In this document: positions 43,444-55,639 of the stretch, one piece after another
Layout: every line of letters starts with the position of its first letter
Position numbering within the stretch: the first letter of the stretch is position 1
Source: the human T2T-CHM13v2.0 reference genome, Homo sapiens
Assembly: GCF_009914755.1 (NCBI RefSeq)
Contig: NC_060948.1
DNA: 64,000 nt
Strand: one strand, 5' to 3'
Position numbers and translations under genes: made by a program
The notes under the pieces: model-generated
Databases searched by the model: none
The model's input: the letters and a program-made list of their open reading frames with translations, nothing else
What the model was told of the DNA's origin: nothing

Positions 43444-44712
43444 CATCTATGATTTCTTTCAGCAGTGTTTTGCAATTTTCATTGTAGAGGTCTTTCAATT
43501 CCTTTGCTAGATATATTCCTAAGTTTTTGTTTGTTTGTTTTTGTTTTTGTTTGTTTTTTTGCAGCTATTGTGAAAGGGGTAGAGTTCTTGATGTGATTCT
43601 CTGCTTGGTAGCTGTTGGTGTAGAGAAGAGCTACTGATTTGTGTATATTAATCTTGTATCTGGAAACTTTCCTGAATTCTTTTATCAGTTCTAGGAGCTT
43701 TCTAGGGGAGTCCATAGGGTTTTCAAGGTGAAAGATCATATCATCAGCAACTAGTGACAGTTTGACTTCCTCTTTACCGATTTAGATTTCCTCTCCTTCT
43801 TTTTTCTGATTGCTCTGGCTAGGACTTCCCATACTATTTTGAAGAGGAGTGGTGAGAGTGGGCATCCTCATCTTGTTCCAGTTCTCAGAGGGAATGCTTT
43901 CACCTTTTCCCCATTCAGTATTATGTTGGCTGTGGGTTAGTCATAGATGGCTTTTATTACATTAATATATGTCCCTTGTATGCCTATTTTGTTGATGCAT
44001 CTGTTGATATGTTCATGTGAGTTTTGTCTTTAATTCTGTTCATGTGGTGTATCACGTTTACTGACATGCATATGTTAAACCATTCCTGTTTCCCTGGTAT
44101 GAAACCCATTTGATTATGGTGGATTATCTTTTTGACACATTGTTGGATTCGGTTAGCCAGTATTTTGTTAAGGATTTTGGCATCTGTGTTCCTCAAGGAT
44201 ATTGGTCTGTAGTTTTCTTTTTTGGTTATGTCCTTTCATGGTTTTAGTATTGGGGTGATGCCGTGTTCATAGAATGAATTAGGGAGTGTTCCTTCTTTCT
44301 CTATCTTGTAGAATAGTGTGAAAGGATTGGTATCAATTCTTCTTTGAATGTCTGGTAGAATTCTGCTGTGAATCTGTCTGGTCCTTGGATTTTTTTTTTT
44401 TTTTTTGGTAATTTTTAAATTACCATTTCAATCTTGCTACTTGCTATTGGTCTGTTTAGGCATATAATTCTTCCTGATTTAAGCTAGGACATTTGTATTT
44501 TTCCAGGAATTTATCCATCTCTTCTAGATTTTCTAGTTTATGTGCCTTAAGGTGTTCATAGTACCCATGAATGATCTTTATTATTTCAGTGGTGTCACTT
44601 GTAATATCCCCTGTTTCATTTCTTAGTGAGGTTATTTGGATTTTTTTCTCTTCTTGTCTTGGTTAATCTTGCTAACGGTCTCTCAATTTTATTTGTCCTT
44701 TCAAAGAACCAA

Positions 44713-45139
44713 TGTGACAAGAATTAAAATAAATTAAAGAATGTATAAGCAAAAACTCACTTGTATGTAAGAAGACTCAATTCCCCCTGAGAAACAGAAA
44801 GAGGTGGAGTACTTTAAGAATTAACTGCCTGTTTTTCTGTCTGGCTAGTGAGCCTTATTTCTCCCTTTCCCAGTCATTGTGAAGACCTGTTTCTCTAGCT
44901 GTGCAGCTGCAAGGTCACTAGACAGATAAACTCAAGTTGTAAAACATGTTTTTTCTTGAAAAGGAACAAATGGTGTAACACAAGTCTCAACTGAATAACT
45001 GTCTTTGTTTCTCACTTCTGTAATATGTTCCCCCACACAGATCTCCCCCAGCCTTATGAAATGCTTAAAAGGTAACTTGACTCCTTGTTTGGGGGCTCAG
45101 TCATTTTTGAATGTTAATCTGACTGGGCCAGTGCACCTA

Positions 45140-45175
<36 letters not shown>

Positions 45176-45233
45176 TAATAATAAATCCTTCTCAACCCCT
45201 TAGTCTCTCTGATTCCTAAATTATCCTGAAACA
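44713..45233 (+). mobile_element. 5' LTR of HERV15/RRHERV-I (LTR15-like)
   Basis: TG...CA termini, ~520 bp, (AAT)n expansion at the poly(A)-signal region, followed by a PBS. Confidence 0.8.
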
Positions 45234-45237
45234 TTTC

Positions 45238-45255
45238 TGGTGGCCCATACAGGGA
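45238..45255 (+). promoter_or_regulatory. Primer-binding site, tRNA-Ile
   Basis: TGGTGGCCCATACAGGGA matches the complement of the tRNA-Ile(AAU) 3' end (TGGTGGCCCGTACGGGGA) with two CpG-type changes. Confidence 0.85.
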
Positions 45256-46174
45256 TTGGAGATGACAGATTTACTGTCTCCTTTGCCTGTGGGACTAGAG
45301 CCCCAGGGCTGGGGGAGACCCAGCATGCAAGGTGCACCATGGAGGTGCTTCACCCAGACAGAGACCAGCTCTCCCTGCATCCTGGCAGCCTACCCAGTAG
45401 TGCAAAGAAACTGCAGAAAAAGCTGCAGGACAATACTAGCACTTCAGGAACTGTGGTAAGGAGAAACTGCCCAAGGCAGGAAAGCCCCTCCCATAGGGAG
45501 GAAATGGAGCTTGATCACCTCCCAGTGACTGACCACTAATCCAACCCAGAGTGGCTGGGTGTGGTAGGAGTGGCCTGCCAATTTGGATGAACCTCATATT
45601 CCCCTAACAGAGTAAAAGTGGTTCACTGGTGGAGAAAAAGGGCTGATAGAGAGGCAAGTGCAGCAAGGAAGAGTTTGCTGGCAGGGTGGCAAGAGTGGCT
45701 TGCAACCCCAACTGGGAGTGGGTGTGTGTGGACCTAACCGGGACACAAGAGAGGCTCATTTTGTCCCATGAGGAGTCCTAGGGTAGGAGTGGTGTGTGTA
45801 TGTGTGTGAATGTGGAAGCCTAATTAGTTTCACCTGGGACATGAGAGAGGCTCATTTCATCCAATGAGGAGTCCTTGGGTGGGGGAGGTGTGTAAAAGTG
45901 GGTGAAAGAAATGGTCTTGGAAGAGGCCAATGTGGGGAGTGACGTGGGGGAGGCACAGAGCCCTTAGTGTGGGCTGTGTTCTCTGAGGCAATTGTGGGGA
46001 AAATCAGAACCAGAACATTCTGTATGACTGATAGGACCAGCTCCATGGCTGCAGCAGGCTGTAAGAGGTGAAGGCATGTTCCTGGCTAAGCAGTGTCCAA
46101 AACTCCTGTAATAGGACCCGGTATGGTGAACCTGAGAGTAAAAGTAAAAGTGAAAGTGCACCACAAGGGAGAAA

Positions 46175-47899
46175 ATGAAAGGAAAAGTGTATAAATGAAC
46201 TCCATTGGAGTGCACAATAAAGAATTTTCAAAAGGATTTAGAGGTGATTATAGCATAAAACTGGATGCTCAAAATTTAAGAACATACTGTGAGATAGCCT
46301 GGCCTGCTTTCAATGAGGGCTGGCCCTCTGAAGGTACAATAGACAGGGTATGAATTGACTGCATGTTTAAGGTGGTCACTGGAGTTGAAGGACAACCAGG
46401 ATACCCAGACCAGTTTCTGTATATACTCTTGGCTCAATGTGGCACAAACTCACCCCAAGTGGCTGCAGCCTTGCCTAGAGGGATATTGCAAGGCATTAGT
46501 GGCTCGAGCAGCCCAACCAAAGGAAGCAGAGGAAACTAAAGCCCCTAGCATCTCCCTGGAAAGGGAATCCTTGAAGCCTTAGCCAAAACCAGTTCTTCAG
46601 GTTCCACCTGATGAAAGGGAATGTCTGCCCCATATGTGCCAGTCTACTCATCTTTGGTCAGAATAAAGCAGGAGGCAGAGTCAGGATCATCCGGAGAGTC
46701 AGGCTCAGAGAAAAGTGAGGCTCAGTGTCCCCACACCCAGAGGAACAGAAACCCCTGTTAGAGAAAAACAACCAAAAAATGGACTGGGTGAGGCAGCTGG
46801 GCATCTCCACTCAGGCCGACCCTGGGATTTGCAGATGCCACTTTGAGAAACCAGGACACAAGTTTATGATGACCAGAGGCAGATACAAGGTGGCCCTAGG
46901 CTTTATGTTTATCAGCCTTTCTCCACTACTGATCTCTTAAATTGGAAACAGCCCACCCCCTCCTATACAGAAAAGTCTCAGGCTCTTATTGATTTGGTAA
47001 ATTCTGTTATTAACACGCATAACCTGACCTGGCCAGATTGTGAATAACTTTTGCTAACTTCATTTAATACAGAGGAGCATAAAAGAGTTAATCCGGCAGC
47101 TCTGATCTGTTTAGAAGGGGAGCCCCAGAGACCACCCCTAACCCTCACCAGTTCACCGTGGAGTGATACCCAAATGAGAACCCTAACTGGGAACCAAATG
47201 AGGCAAGGAACATGGAATGGCTGCCGCTATATAGAAAGGCACTCCTAAATGGGATAAAGCAGGAGAAAGGAAGGAAATAAATACAAGTAAAATATCAGAA
47301 GTGAGCCAAAATTCTGAGAAAAGCCCAAGTGCATTCCATAAAAGGCTTTGGGAGGCATATAGACTGTACACTCCAGTTATTCTGGAGGCTCCTAAAAACC
47401 AAATTATGATAAATATGACCTTTATCGGGCAAGCTCAGGGAGTCATAAATCAAAAGTTTCAGAAGCTGGAAAGCTTTGCAGGAAAAAATATTAGTAAACT
47501 CCTGAAAACAGCAAACAAAATATATGTAAACCAGAAAGAAGAGGCAGAAAGAAAGAAAAAATAAATAAAAATAAAAACCAAAAGACAGCTCAATTTATAG
47601 CTACTGCACTAACAGAAATTAACCCTGGATTTGCTAGAGGGTATAGCTGAGGCAGAGGCCAAGGAAGAGGGCAGACAAGACCGGGAGAGGAAAGCCAGTC
47701 CCGGTTGGACAGGAACCAATGTGCAAGATACAGGCAAATGGGCCACTGGAAAAATGAGTGCCCCGATTAAAAAAAAAAAAATGAAGATGACGGTCAATTG
47801 TCTAACACCCGAGTGCAACTTTCGGTTGCTAGTCGTGGTGCTTCAAAGGCAGATCTTGATCTGATCAGCTTAGTGGGGGCCAAAAATTTAGAAGACTAA
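46175..47899 (+). pseudogene. gag: HERV15-type gag (disrupted)
   Basis: TPLECTIKNF..KLDAQNLRTYCEIAWPAFNEGWPSEGTID; YQPFSTTDLLNWKQ; MHR SQNSEKSPSAFHKRLWEAYRLYTP; zinc knuckle NQCARYRQMGHWKNECP; TAA at 47897 in frame with pro. Confidence 0.88.
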
Positions 47900-50478
47900 G
47901 ACAGACCAGGCTTCATCCTTTTAGGCCCCAGGGAGCCTATATTCTCCATGGAAGTACAGGGCCGATTAATGAATTTTTTGGTCAATACTGGTGCTGATTT
48001 CTCTGTGGTAACTCATCCAATTAACTGCCCCACAAAAAACTGTCCTACTGTCATACGGGCTACTGGGGCCAAAGACAGGAGACCTCTCTACAAATTCAAG
48101 AGATGTGTTATTGGGGGACAAGAATTCAGCATGACTTTCTATACATGCCAAAATGTCCAGTGCCCTTATTGGAAAGAGACTTCCTCCAGAAACTGCAGGC
48201 ACAGGTTTCCTTTACACCTAAAGGGGATATGACCCTGGAGATAGGGAAGCCAAAGGCAATGGTATTGACTCTAACTGTCCCAAAAACTGAGGAATGGCGG
48301 CTCTATAAACTGTGTACCAGGAGGCTGCCAGAGCCTGACCTACACAATACGTGGGGAATGCTTTTCGAGGTACCAGGTGTATGCGCTGAGGACAACCCCC
48401 CTGGACTTGTTGCAAACAGACCCCCAGTGATAATAAAGCTTAAATCTCATGCTGCCCCGGTACTAGTCCGTCAACACCCCCCACCCAGAGAGGCAATTGA
48501 TGACATAACGAAACATTTAAATCGGCCCTATAAACATGGGATTATAATAAAATGAAAGTCTTCCTGGAATACTCCTCTGTTGTCTGTGCGCAAGCCAAAT
48601 GGTGAATACAGGCCACTGCAGGACCTCCAGGAGGTAAACAAGGCCACTGTCACTATCCATGCCATAGTACCCAACCCATACACAATGCTGGGACAGATTC
48701 CTGCTGACGCCGCCTGGTTCACGTGTCTGGACTTAAGGCATGCTTTCTTTTGCTTGAGACTTGCTCCCCAAAATCAGCCTATATTTGCCTTCTAGTGGAG
48801 ACAATCGCAGTATACCTGGACAAGGCTGCCGCAAGGGTTTAAGAATTCTCCCACTATTTTCGACGAGGCTTTGGCTTCCGACCTTGAGGCTTTTGCGCCA
48901 CCTAGTGACAATTGTGTGCTATTACAACACATTGATGATTTGCTCTTCGCTGCCCCCACGAGGGAGAAATACCTCTAAGGAACAGAGAGCCTTCTTCACC
49001 TGCTTTGTGAAGCTGGTTACTAAGTGTCCAAGGACAAGGCAAAAGTCTGATTTTGGAGGTTGAATATCTAGAATTCATGGTATCCCAAGGCCAGCGCAGA
49101 CTTAAAAGTGCATGCAAGGAGGCTGTGCGTGCATTGCCCACCCCAGTTACAAGGCAGCAGCTCAGGAAATTTCTAGGTGTAGCGGGATTCTGCCGAACCT
49201 GGATTCCAAACTTCTCCCTTACAGCAAGGCCCTTATATGAGACTACCAAAGAAAAAGAAAAAGAGGGCCCCTCCTATGGAAAAAGAAACAAGAAAGGGCC
49301 TTGAAAGGTATAAAGGAAGCTCTCATCCAAACTCCGGTGCTAGGGTTGCCAGATGTAAAAAAGCCCTTCCTTTTGTATGTGGATAAACAAAAGGGAATGA
49401 CAGTCGGACTCTTAGCTCAATTGTTGGGTTCTTGGCATCAGCTGGTAGCATACTTACCCAAAAGACTGGACTTGGTGGCCTTAGGTTGGCCCCACTGCTT
49501 CAGGGCGTTGGCAGCTACTGCAATCCTTATAGAAGATGCCAACAAGCTAGCCCTAGGTCAAAAGTTAATAGTTCAGGACTCACATGCTGTAATCACCTTA
49601 ATGGAGCAAAGAGGACATCATTGACTGTCCAATTCTAAAATGCTAAAGTATCAAGGGCTTCTGTATGAAAATACCCAGATAACACTAGAGACTGTAAATA
49701 CCTTAAATCCAGCTACCCTGCTGCCTGTGGAGAAACGGGATTGAAAGGACAGTGGGTTGCCTCACTGCTGGCAGGAACTTCCCCACTGTTGCATAAATAC
49801 GGTGGACAAAGTCTTCTAGAGCCAGGAAGATCTCAGATATATCCCCTTGGAGAGCTCAGATGTTAAATACTTCACTGATGGTAGCAGTTTCATAAGAGAT
49901 GGGGTACAATATGCAGGGTATACAGTACTGATCCAACACTCGGTGGTCCAGGCTCAGGCCTTACCTTCTGGGACTTCTGCTCAGAAGGCTAAATTAATAG
50001 CATTAACCAGAGCACCATTATTGGCCAAGAAAAAAAGTAAACATATATACTGAAAAAAAAAGAAACATATATACTGATTCAAGATATACTTTTACAATCC
50101 TGCACACCCATGGGGCAGTATACAAAGATAGAGGAGTTTTGACTACTAAAGGCCAAAGAAAAAAATTTACAATTATTAAAAGCCATATAGGCTCCAGAGA
50201 AAGTGGCTGTCATTCATTGCAAAGGACACCAAATTGGGAAAAGCTGAGACACAGGGCAATAGAAAGGCAGACCGAGAGGCTAGGCAGGCAGCAATGATCA
50301 AGGCTTTACCTGAAGAAAAAACTTTAGCAATTCCTCTCCTTATAGAGCCCCCTTGGCTGGAGCTACCCAATTACTCTTCAGTAAAAAACTTGGTTTTGTC
50401 AGAAAAACAATATATATATATATATATATTAAAGGTGGATGGTGGCTGTTGTCTGACAGCAGGCTAGCCATCCTGGAA
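47900..50478 (+). pseudogene. pol: HERV15-type pro-pol (PR, RT, RNase H; integrase largely deleted)
   Basis: FLVNTGADFSVV; WFTCLDLRHAFFCL; [12 protein letters not shown]; QHIDDLL; FLGVAGFCRTWIPNFS; FTDGSSF; SAQKAKLIALTRA; GNRKADREA. Confidence 0.9.
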
Positions 50479-50649
50479 GTTGAGTAGTCCACACACGGCC
50501 AAAGCTAAGAGGGCCATCTCTGAATAAGTAAATATGAACACAATTTATAACCCTCATTATAATTATGTTAATACTGATTTTTCTGTTGCTTTGTTATTAC
50601 TGCAAATGCTGCAAATGTCTATGCCCAGAGGAAGGTTTCCCATGCCCAC

Positions 50650-52720
50650 GTGTAGTGTAAGCATGTTTCTAATACATACACTGATGTTGCTATCATTTCT
50701 GCCTATGCTAGAAGGGGAAAAATCTTTAGAGGGATGCCCACACTGTGTACACACTACCTCGGTAAAAAATACCATAGTTAAAACTCTACTGTACCATACC
50801 TACTATGAATGTACAGAAACCAAGTTAGGGACATGCACATACAACCAGACCACCTGTTCAGTCTATGACTGAGGAAATAATCAGCTGTATGTATCTTATG
50901 ACCCTGAGCCCTTACCCTGTGAATTCTGGTTTGAGGTACATATTAAATCAGAAAAGAAAAAAAAACTTATAGCTCAAACAAAAGAAACCTCACCCTCCTA
51001 TAAGGGGCCTATTTCCTTGTACTTTAATTCCTGCCATGCTGCATATGTTCCTAATCCTAAAAAAAACAGAAGCTGTCTGCAATGGTTTAACACAAAAGAG
51101 GCTTAGCAGAAGCAGACCTAAACATCTGTATGAAAAAACACAAATCGGATGCCCAGACTGTAATATTCAGTGTTCTATGCTAACACAGCTCCAACACTTA
51201 TATTCAGGAAGGACTCTTCTGCTAAGTAGTATGCCAACCAAACCAAATTCTAAGACAAGGACATGTACTCCTTTAAATTTTACTTTCCTAAAGCCAGAGC
51301 TATCTTTTTGGTCTACAGGACAGATGACACTATTATGGGTTAATAGACAAGGAGCAGACCTTGGAGTTCTACTACTAATTGCCAAAAAGAATAGAAGGAC
51401 TCAAATGCATCCAACCCTGAAATTCCGGGTTTATAAGTCATTCTGTAAGCATTTTGATCAGTCAGTGACTGAGTTTCCTTCATCAACCAAAAACTTATTT
51501 ACTCAACTAAGTAAAAACATAGCTGGCAGCTTAGGAATTTCCTCATGCTACGCATGTCAAAAAACTGATATGGGGGACCAGTTGCTATGGGAGGCTAAGA
51601 AATTGATGCCACAAGTAACTTCACTTCACCTAACCATGCCAGTGAACCCACAGCCTTAGCCAGTGTTTGGTTGTTAAAAACCTCCATAATTGGAAAGTAC
51701 TGTATCGCCTAATGGGGAAAGGCTTTTCACAGAGGCAGCAGGAAAAACAACCTGCCTAGGACAACAGTATTATGATAAGACTAAAAACAGAACTCTAGGG
51801 AGAAATGCCCAGAACGACTCCTACTTACCAGATCCAAATGCTTTCTCTTGATTCTCTACCCTAAGCCACTCTTGGCATCAGCTAAAGACTCCAAATGCTT
51901 GGAAAGCACCCTCTGGCCTATATTGGGTCTGTGGAGCATGGGCATATCGGCAACTGCTGGCTAAATGGACAGGGGCATGTGTGTTAGAAACAATCAAGCC
52001 ATCCCTCTTTTTAATTCCTCTAAAGCAAGGGGAACTCTTAGGGTATCCAGTTTATAGTAAAAGTTAAAGAAACTAAAAAAATACATAATCACAAAACTAA
52101 ACACAAATGTGAAAAAGTGTAAACACAGAAGACTACAAAGATAATAAATGGCCTCCTGAAAAAATCATTAAATATTATGGGCCAGCTACTTGGGTGCAAG
52201 ATGGGTCATGGGGGTATCGTACCAAAATCTATATGCTCAACCACATCATAAGGTTACAGGCAGTCCTAGAAATTATAACCAATGAAACGTCAAGGGCACT
52301 AAATTTATTGACAATACAAGCAACACAAAAAAATGCTATATATCAAAATAAATTAGCTTATCTCTTAGCCTCAAAGAAAGTATGTAAACATTTAATTTAA
52401 CCAACTGTTGCCTAGAAATTGATAATAATGGCCAAGCTGTCATAAAATCCACAGCTAAAATGCACAAGTTGGCCCATGTTCCAGTTCGGACTTTGTCCAG
52501 ATGGTTCCCGGATTCCTTGTTTGGAAAATGGTTCTCAACCTTTGGGGAATTCAAAACCCTCATTGGTGGGTTTTTGTTTATTCTTGGCATCTGCCTCATC
52601 CTCCCTTGCCTTTTAACTCTGTATATTAGGAACATTCAGTCAACTGTAGAGGCAGTAGTAACCCAACACAGTACCACACAGTTGATGGCATTAACCAAAT
52701 ATCAGCTGCTGCCAGTAAAA
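50650..52720 (+). pseudogene. env: ERV3-like (HERV15) env, disrupted
   Basis: [22 protein letters not shown]; STKNLFTQLSKNIAGSLGISSCYAC; [40 protein letters not shown]; LTNCCLEID; hydrophobic [20 protein letters not shown]. Confidence 0.9.
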
Positions 52721-53670
52721 CTATCTTCAGTCTGCACTTTTCTCCAGTGCATTCTGAAACACTGGAATTTCTTTACCTTCGAGGCTCTGAGAAAAAAATA
52801 TGGCTTATATTATACTGCACAAAGGCATGGAAATTACACTAGCTCTAAGACAAAAAGATGTGGCCTTCTGAGATAAAAGTTTATTTTAATAGTATATAAT
52901 TATCAGGTCTCTTTTTCAGATGAAAGAGCCATTAGTATGAGTTTCTGATGGACAAGCTTTCTTTACCTTAGGCGATAACCCAGACCTTTGTAAGCATTGT
53001 AAAATATTTTCTGGCCTTTTGGCAGTCTTGTCAAGCAAGGTTACAGAAGATAATTTCCCAAAATCAGAGAGACAAACCCCTAGGTAGCCCTTAAATGCAA
53101 CTTTTAAACACCCTACCTGCCCCTCTTTTAAGGGCTTTCCAATATTCCTATCATGAGTTTCTCTCCCTGTGCCACCCAATAAACCCCCACCTTCACTGTA
53201 GGCCCTGCAGAAAATGCCAGATGGTACTACTAAACTTCAGGTTTCCTTTTTATTGCAGGATTAAAAATAAATAAATATACATCTAGTCAAGTTATCTGAT
53301 TACTCTGATAGATATATAGAGACATTCTGAAATCTAACAGAGGTGTTTCATTTTATGCAGAAAGATGCCACATTACTCCTAAACCCAATTCTATATTTGG
53401 CAGAAAATTTGGCAGCTTTTCAGGCAACAGAAAGATTTGAAGATGAACAGGGTATTTACTACAGCCAGTCTAAAAGTATACAGGGAAAAATCTAGAACAA
53501 TGGAGGGTGAAAGACAAAAGTAAGGTAAACAGCAGAATCTTTATTCCCAACAGGAAGAAAGACATTCCTCTTTGAAAACTTAGTTGGAATACATACACGC
53601 AATTTAAATGATTAAGTAGTGTGAGAACAAGTGTAAAGTTTCAGCAAATGTTTAGTATATAAAGAAGAGA
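52721..53670 (+). mobile_element. Second class I ERV gag fragment (MA to capsid start; HUERS-P3/HERV9/W-like), heavily decayed
   Basis: [26 protein letters not shown]; [18 protein letters not shown]; QVSFLLQD..SDYSDRYIETF*NLTEVF. Confidence 0.75.
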
Positions 53671-53674
53671 CAAT

Positions 53675-55201
53675 TTTGCCAGCAAATTGCTACATGATTT
53701 CAGAGCTACTAATGCACAGATTAAATCAATGTGTGCATTACAACAAGGTCTGCAATTCCTGGCAGCCATTCCAAGGGACTGGTCTCTCATAGGAGTAGAT
53801 CTTTAAAATTCTTTTCTTACTATACCCTTACATGTGAAGGATAAGCCTTCATTTGCCTTCTCTGTGCCTTCTATCAAACAAAAACAGCTTGTTTCTCATT
53901 ACCAGTGGAAAGTTTTACACAAAAACATGCTCATCAATCCTATGTTATATCAACATTTTGTAGGACATTATGCCATGAGAATCCGACCTCATGGCATAAA
54001 CTTCACTGACACTGGTGAAGAAACTTTAGCATCTCTTCACTACATCTCACTGGGATTCAATCCCAATGTGCAGCAGACCTTGCTTGGAACAGGCTTTAGA
54101 CCACCTTTCCTCAATGACATTATCAAGGAAGACAGTTCCAGTTCAGGAGTTGATAGGGAAGGCAGCACTCCCCTTTATGGATGGCAGCTTTTGTGTCGGA
54201 ACACTATTTAATTATAGTAATTCTGCTCAACACAGTTTTAATGTTACTTTTGTAGAAAATATTACCACTCAATTTGCAATTTGTGTTTTTAAACCTTACA
54301 TTTTTTTAGCAGCAAAAAAAAAATTAAGGTAAACGATGCCCATTTGACTTGTGATTCCTTTCAACCGTATAATTCCCTTAATTGTAGCACAATAAAAACA
54401 TGCAGCATATCCACCCTAATAATTCTAGGTTGCAACCCCCAATTACGGATTCTTGTAAATCTGTCTGAGTCTTCCGTGGCCACCTCTGGTTTACATTTTG
54501 TAAATCTTTTTCTTACTCAGCTTACTCATAGTGCTTGTAGAACCTTAGGCATGATAATTTTTGTGAAAGTCTCCTTAGGTACATTAATCACTTCTGTTGT
54601 GGTGTCCTTAGTAGCAATGCACAGCTCCATTCAAACAGCTAAATATGAAGAAAATAGGATGTGTGCAGCCAACCAGGCATGGATGCTTAAAAATAAATGA
54701 AACACGGAGATACAAATGGAGGTAGCAATGTTAAAGACTATAGTTCTGTGGCTAGGAAAACAAGTACAAAGTTTGTAGTTGCAGCAGCAATTGCATTCTC
54801 ATTTTAACTATACTTGTATTTGTTTAACCAATTTGGAATAAAACTAACGTGAATATCAATGAAACCTTGTAAAGTCCCATTTGCAGGGGGCTTTCACATC
54901 AAATGTTACTTTTGATATGAATGATTTACAAAGTAAAATCCTTAATTTGAATAAACATTCAAGTATTTCAGCCCTCTTTAAAAACTTGGGTGGTATTCCA
55001 GCAGGGTTTAGAGAGCCTTAAGCTTTGGATCTCCTCCAAACAGCACCTCAATGTCTTTTCTGTGATTATCAGAGTGATATTATTGTGTCTCCATTTTATG
55101 TCTATTGTCTGTAAAATCAGCTGGACCACCAAATAGCAATTGAGAGCTGCACAGTCTGCAATTACCTTTACTCAACTAATTCAAAAACAAAAAGGAGGAG
55201 A
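53675..55201 (+). mobile_element. HERV-K(HML-6)/HERVK3 internal remnant: RT fragment (~53680-53965) joined to partial env, ending in the PPT
   Basis: Betaretroviral RT LLHDFRATNAQIK..ALQQGL..KDKPSFAFSVPSI..YQWKVL; env TM-like LITSVVVSLVAMHSSIQTA; PPT aaaacaaaaaggaggaga before the LTR. Confidence 0.82.
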
Positions 55202-55638
55202 CGTTGGAGGTCAAAAGAATGAGGGTTGTGACCAATTCAGTAATGACTGGAGAGTCTATGAGCAGACAGCAAACTCTTCTCATGAAAGCAGGATGTTGGC
55301 AAACTGATACACCACCTCTGGTGCCAGAAGGAATGCTGAGGGCAGTCATGCCCCAAGCACAGCTTTCCTTGTGGTTTTATATACAGGAACAACTGAAGCC
55401 TGTAGTATAAAGCAAGCAAGTACGTGAGATTGCGATAAATCGAGCAGCTGACCAATAATTACCTTTCCTCCCTATTGATTCTGCCTAGTCAATACGAAGT
55501 CCTGTAGAAGCTCAGGACCTTTGCTCCCTGGAAGGAATAAGCCCCCTGACTCTTCTTTTAAAACAGAACTTTTTTGTCTTTGTCTTCATTTCTGCATTCA
55601 CTCCCCTTCATTTCATCCTATAGTAACTGACTGCCACA
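55202..55638 (+). mobile_element. LTR3 (HML-6) 3' LTR
   Basis: aaagaatgagggttgtgaccaattcag..ctcatgaaagcaggatgttggcaaactga..agaaggaatgctgagggcagtcatgcccc; ends ..gccaca. Confidence 0.85.
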
Positions 55639-55639
55639 T

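Larger units (their letters stand above)
41345..44712 (-). mobile_element. L1PB-type LINE-1 3' half, cut at the HERV15 LTR
   Basis: L1PB 3' UTR (ggggtacagatggtatttggttacatgagtaagttc); ORF2 peptides [33 protein letters not shown]. Confidence 0.87.

Noticed and set aside
51036-51659. Longest ORF (207 aa) as a domesticated env gene
   Set aside because: Internal SU fragment without signal peptide or TM; the surrounding env has many stops and frameshifts.
52721-53670. Displaced missing gag piece of the first ERV (4918-11333)
   Set aside because: Both contain the capsid start with different signatures (YVPFSMSE..PGKFI vs QVSFLLQD..SDRYIE), so they are separate elements.
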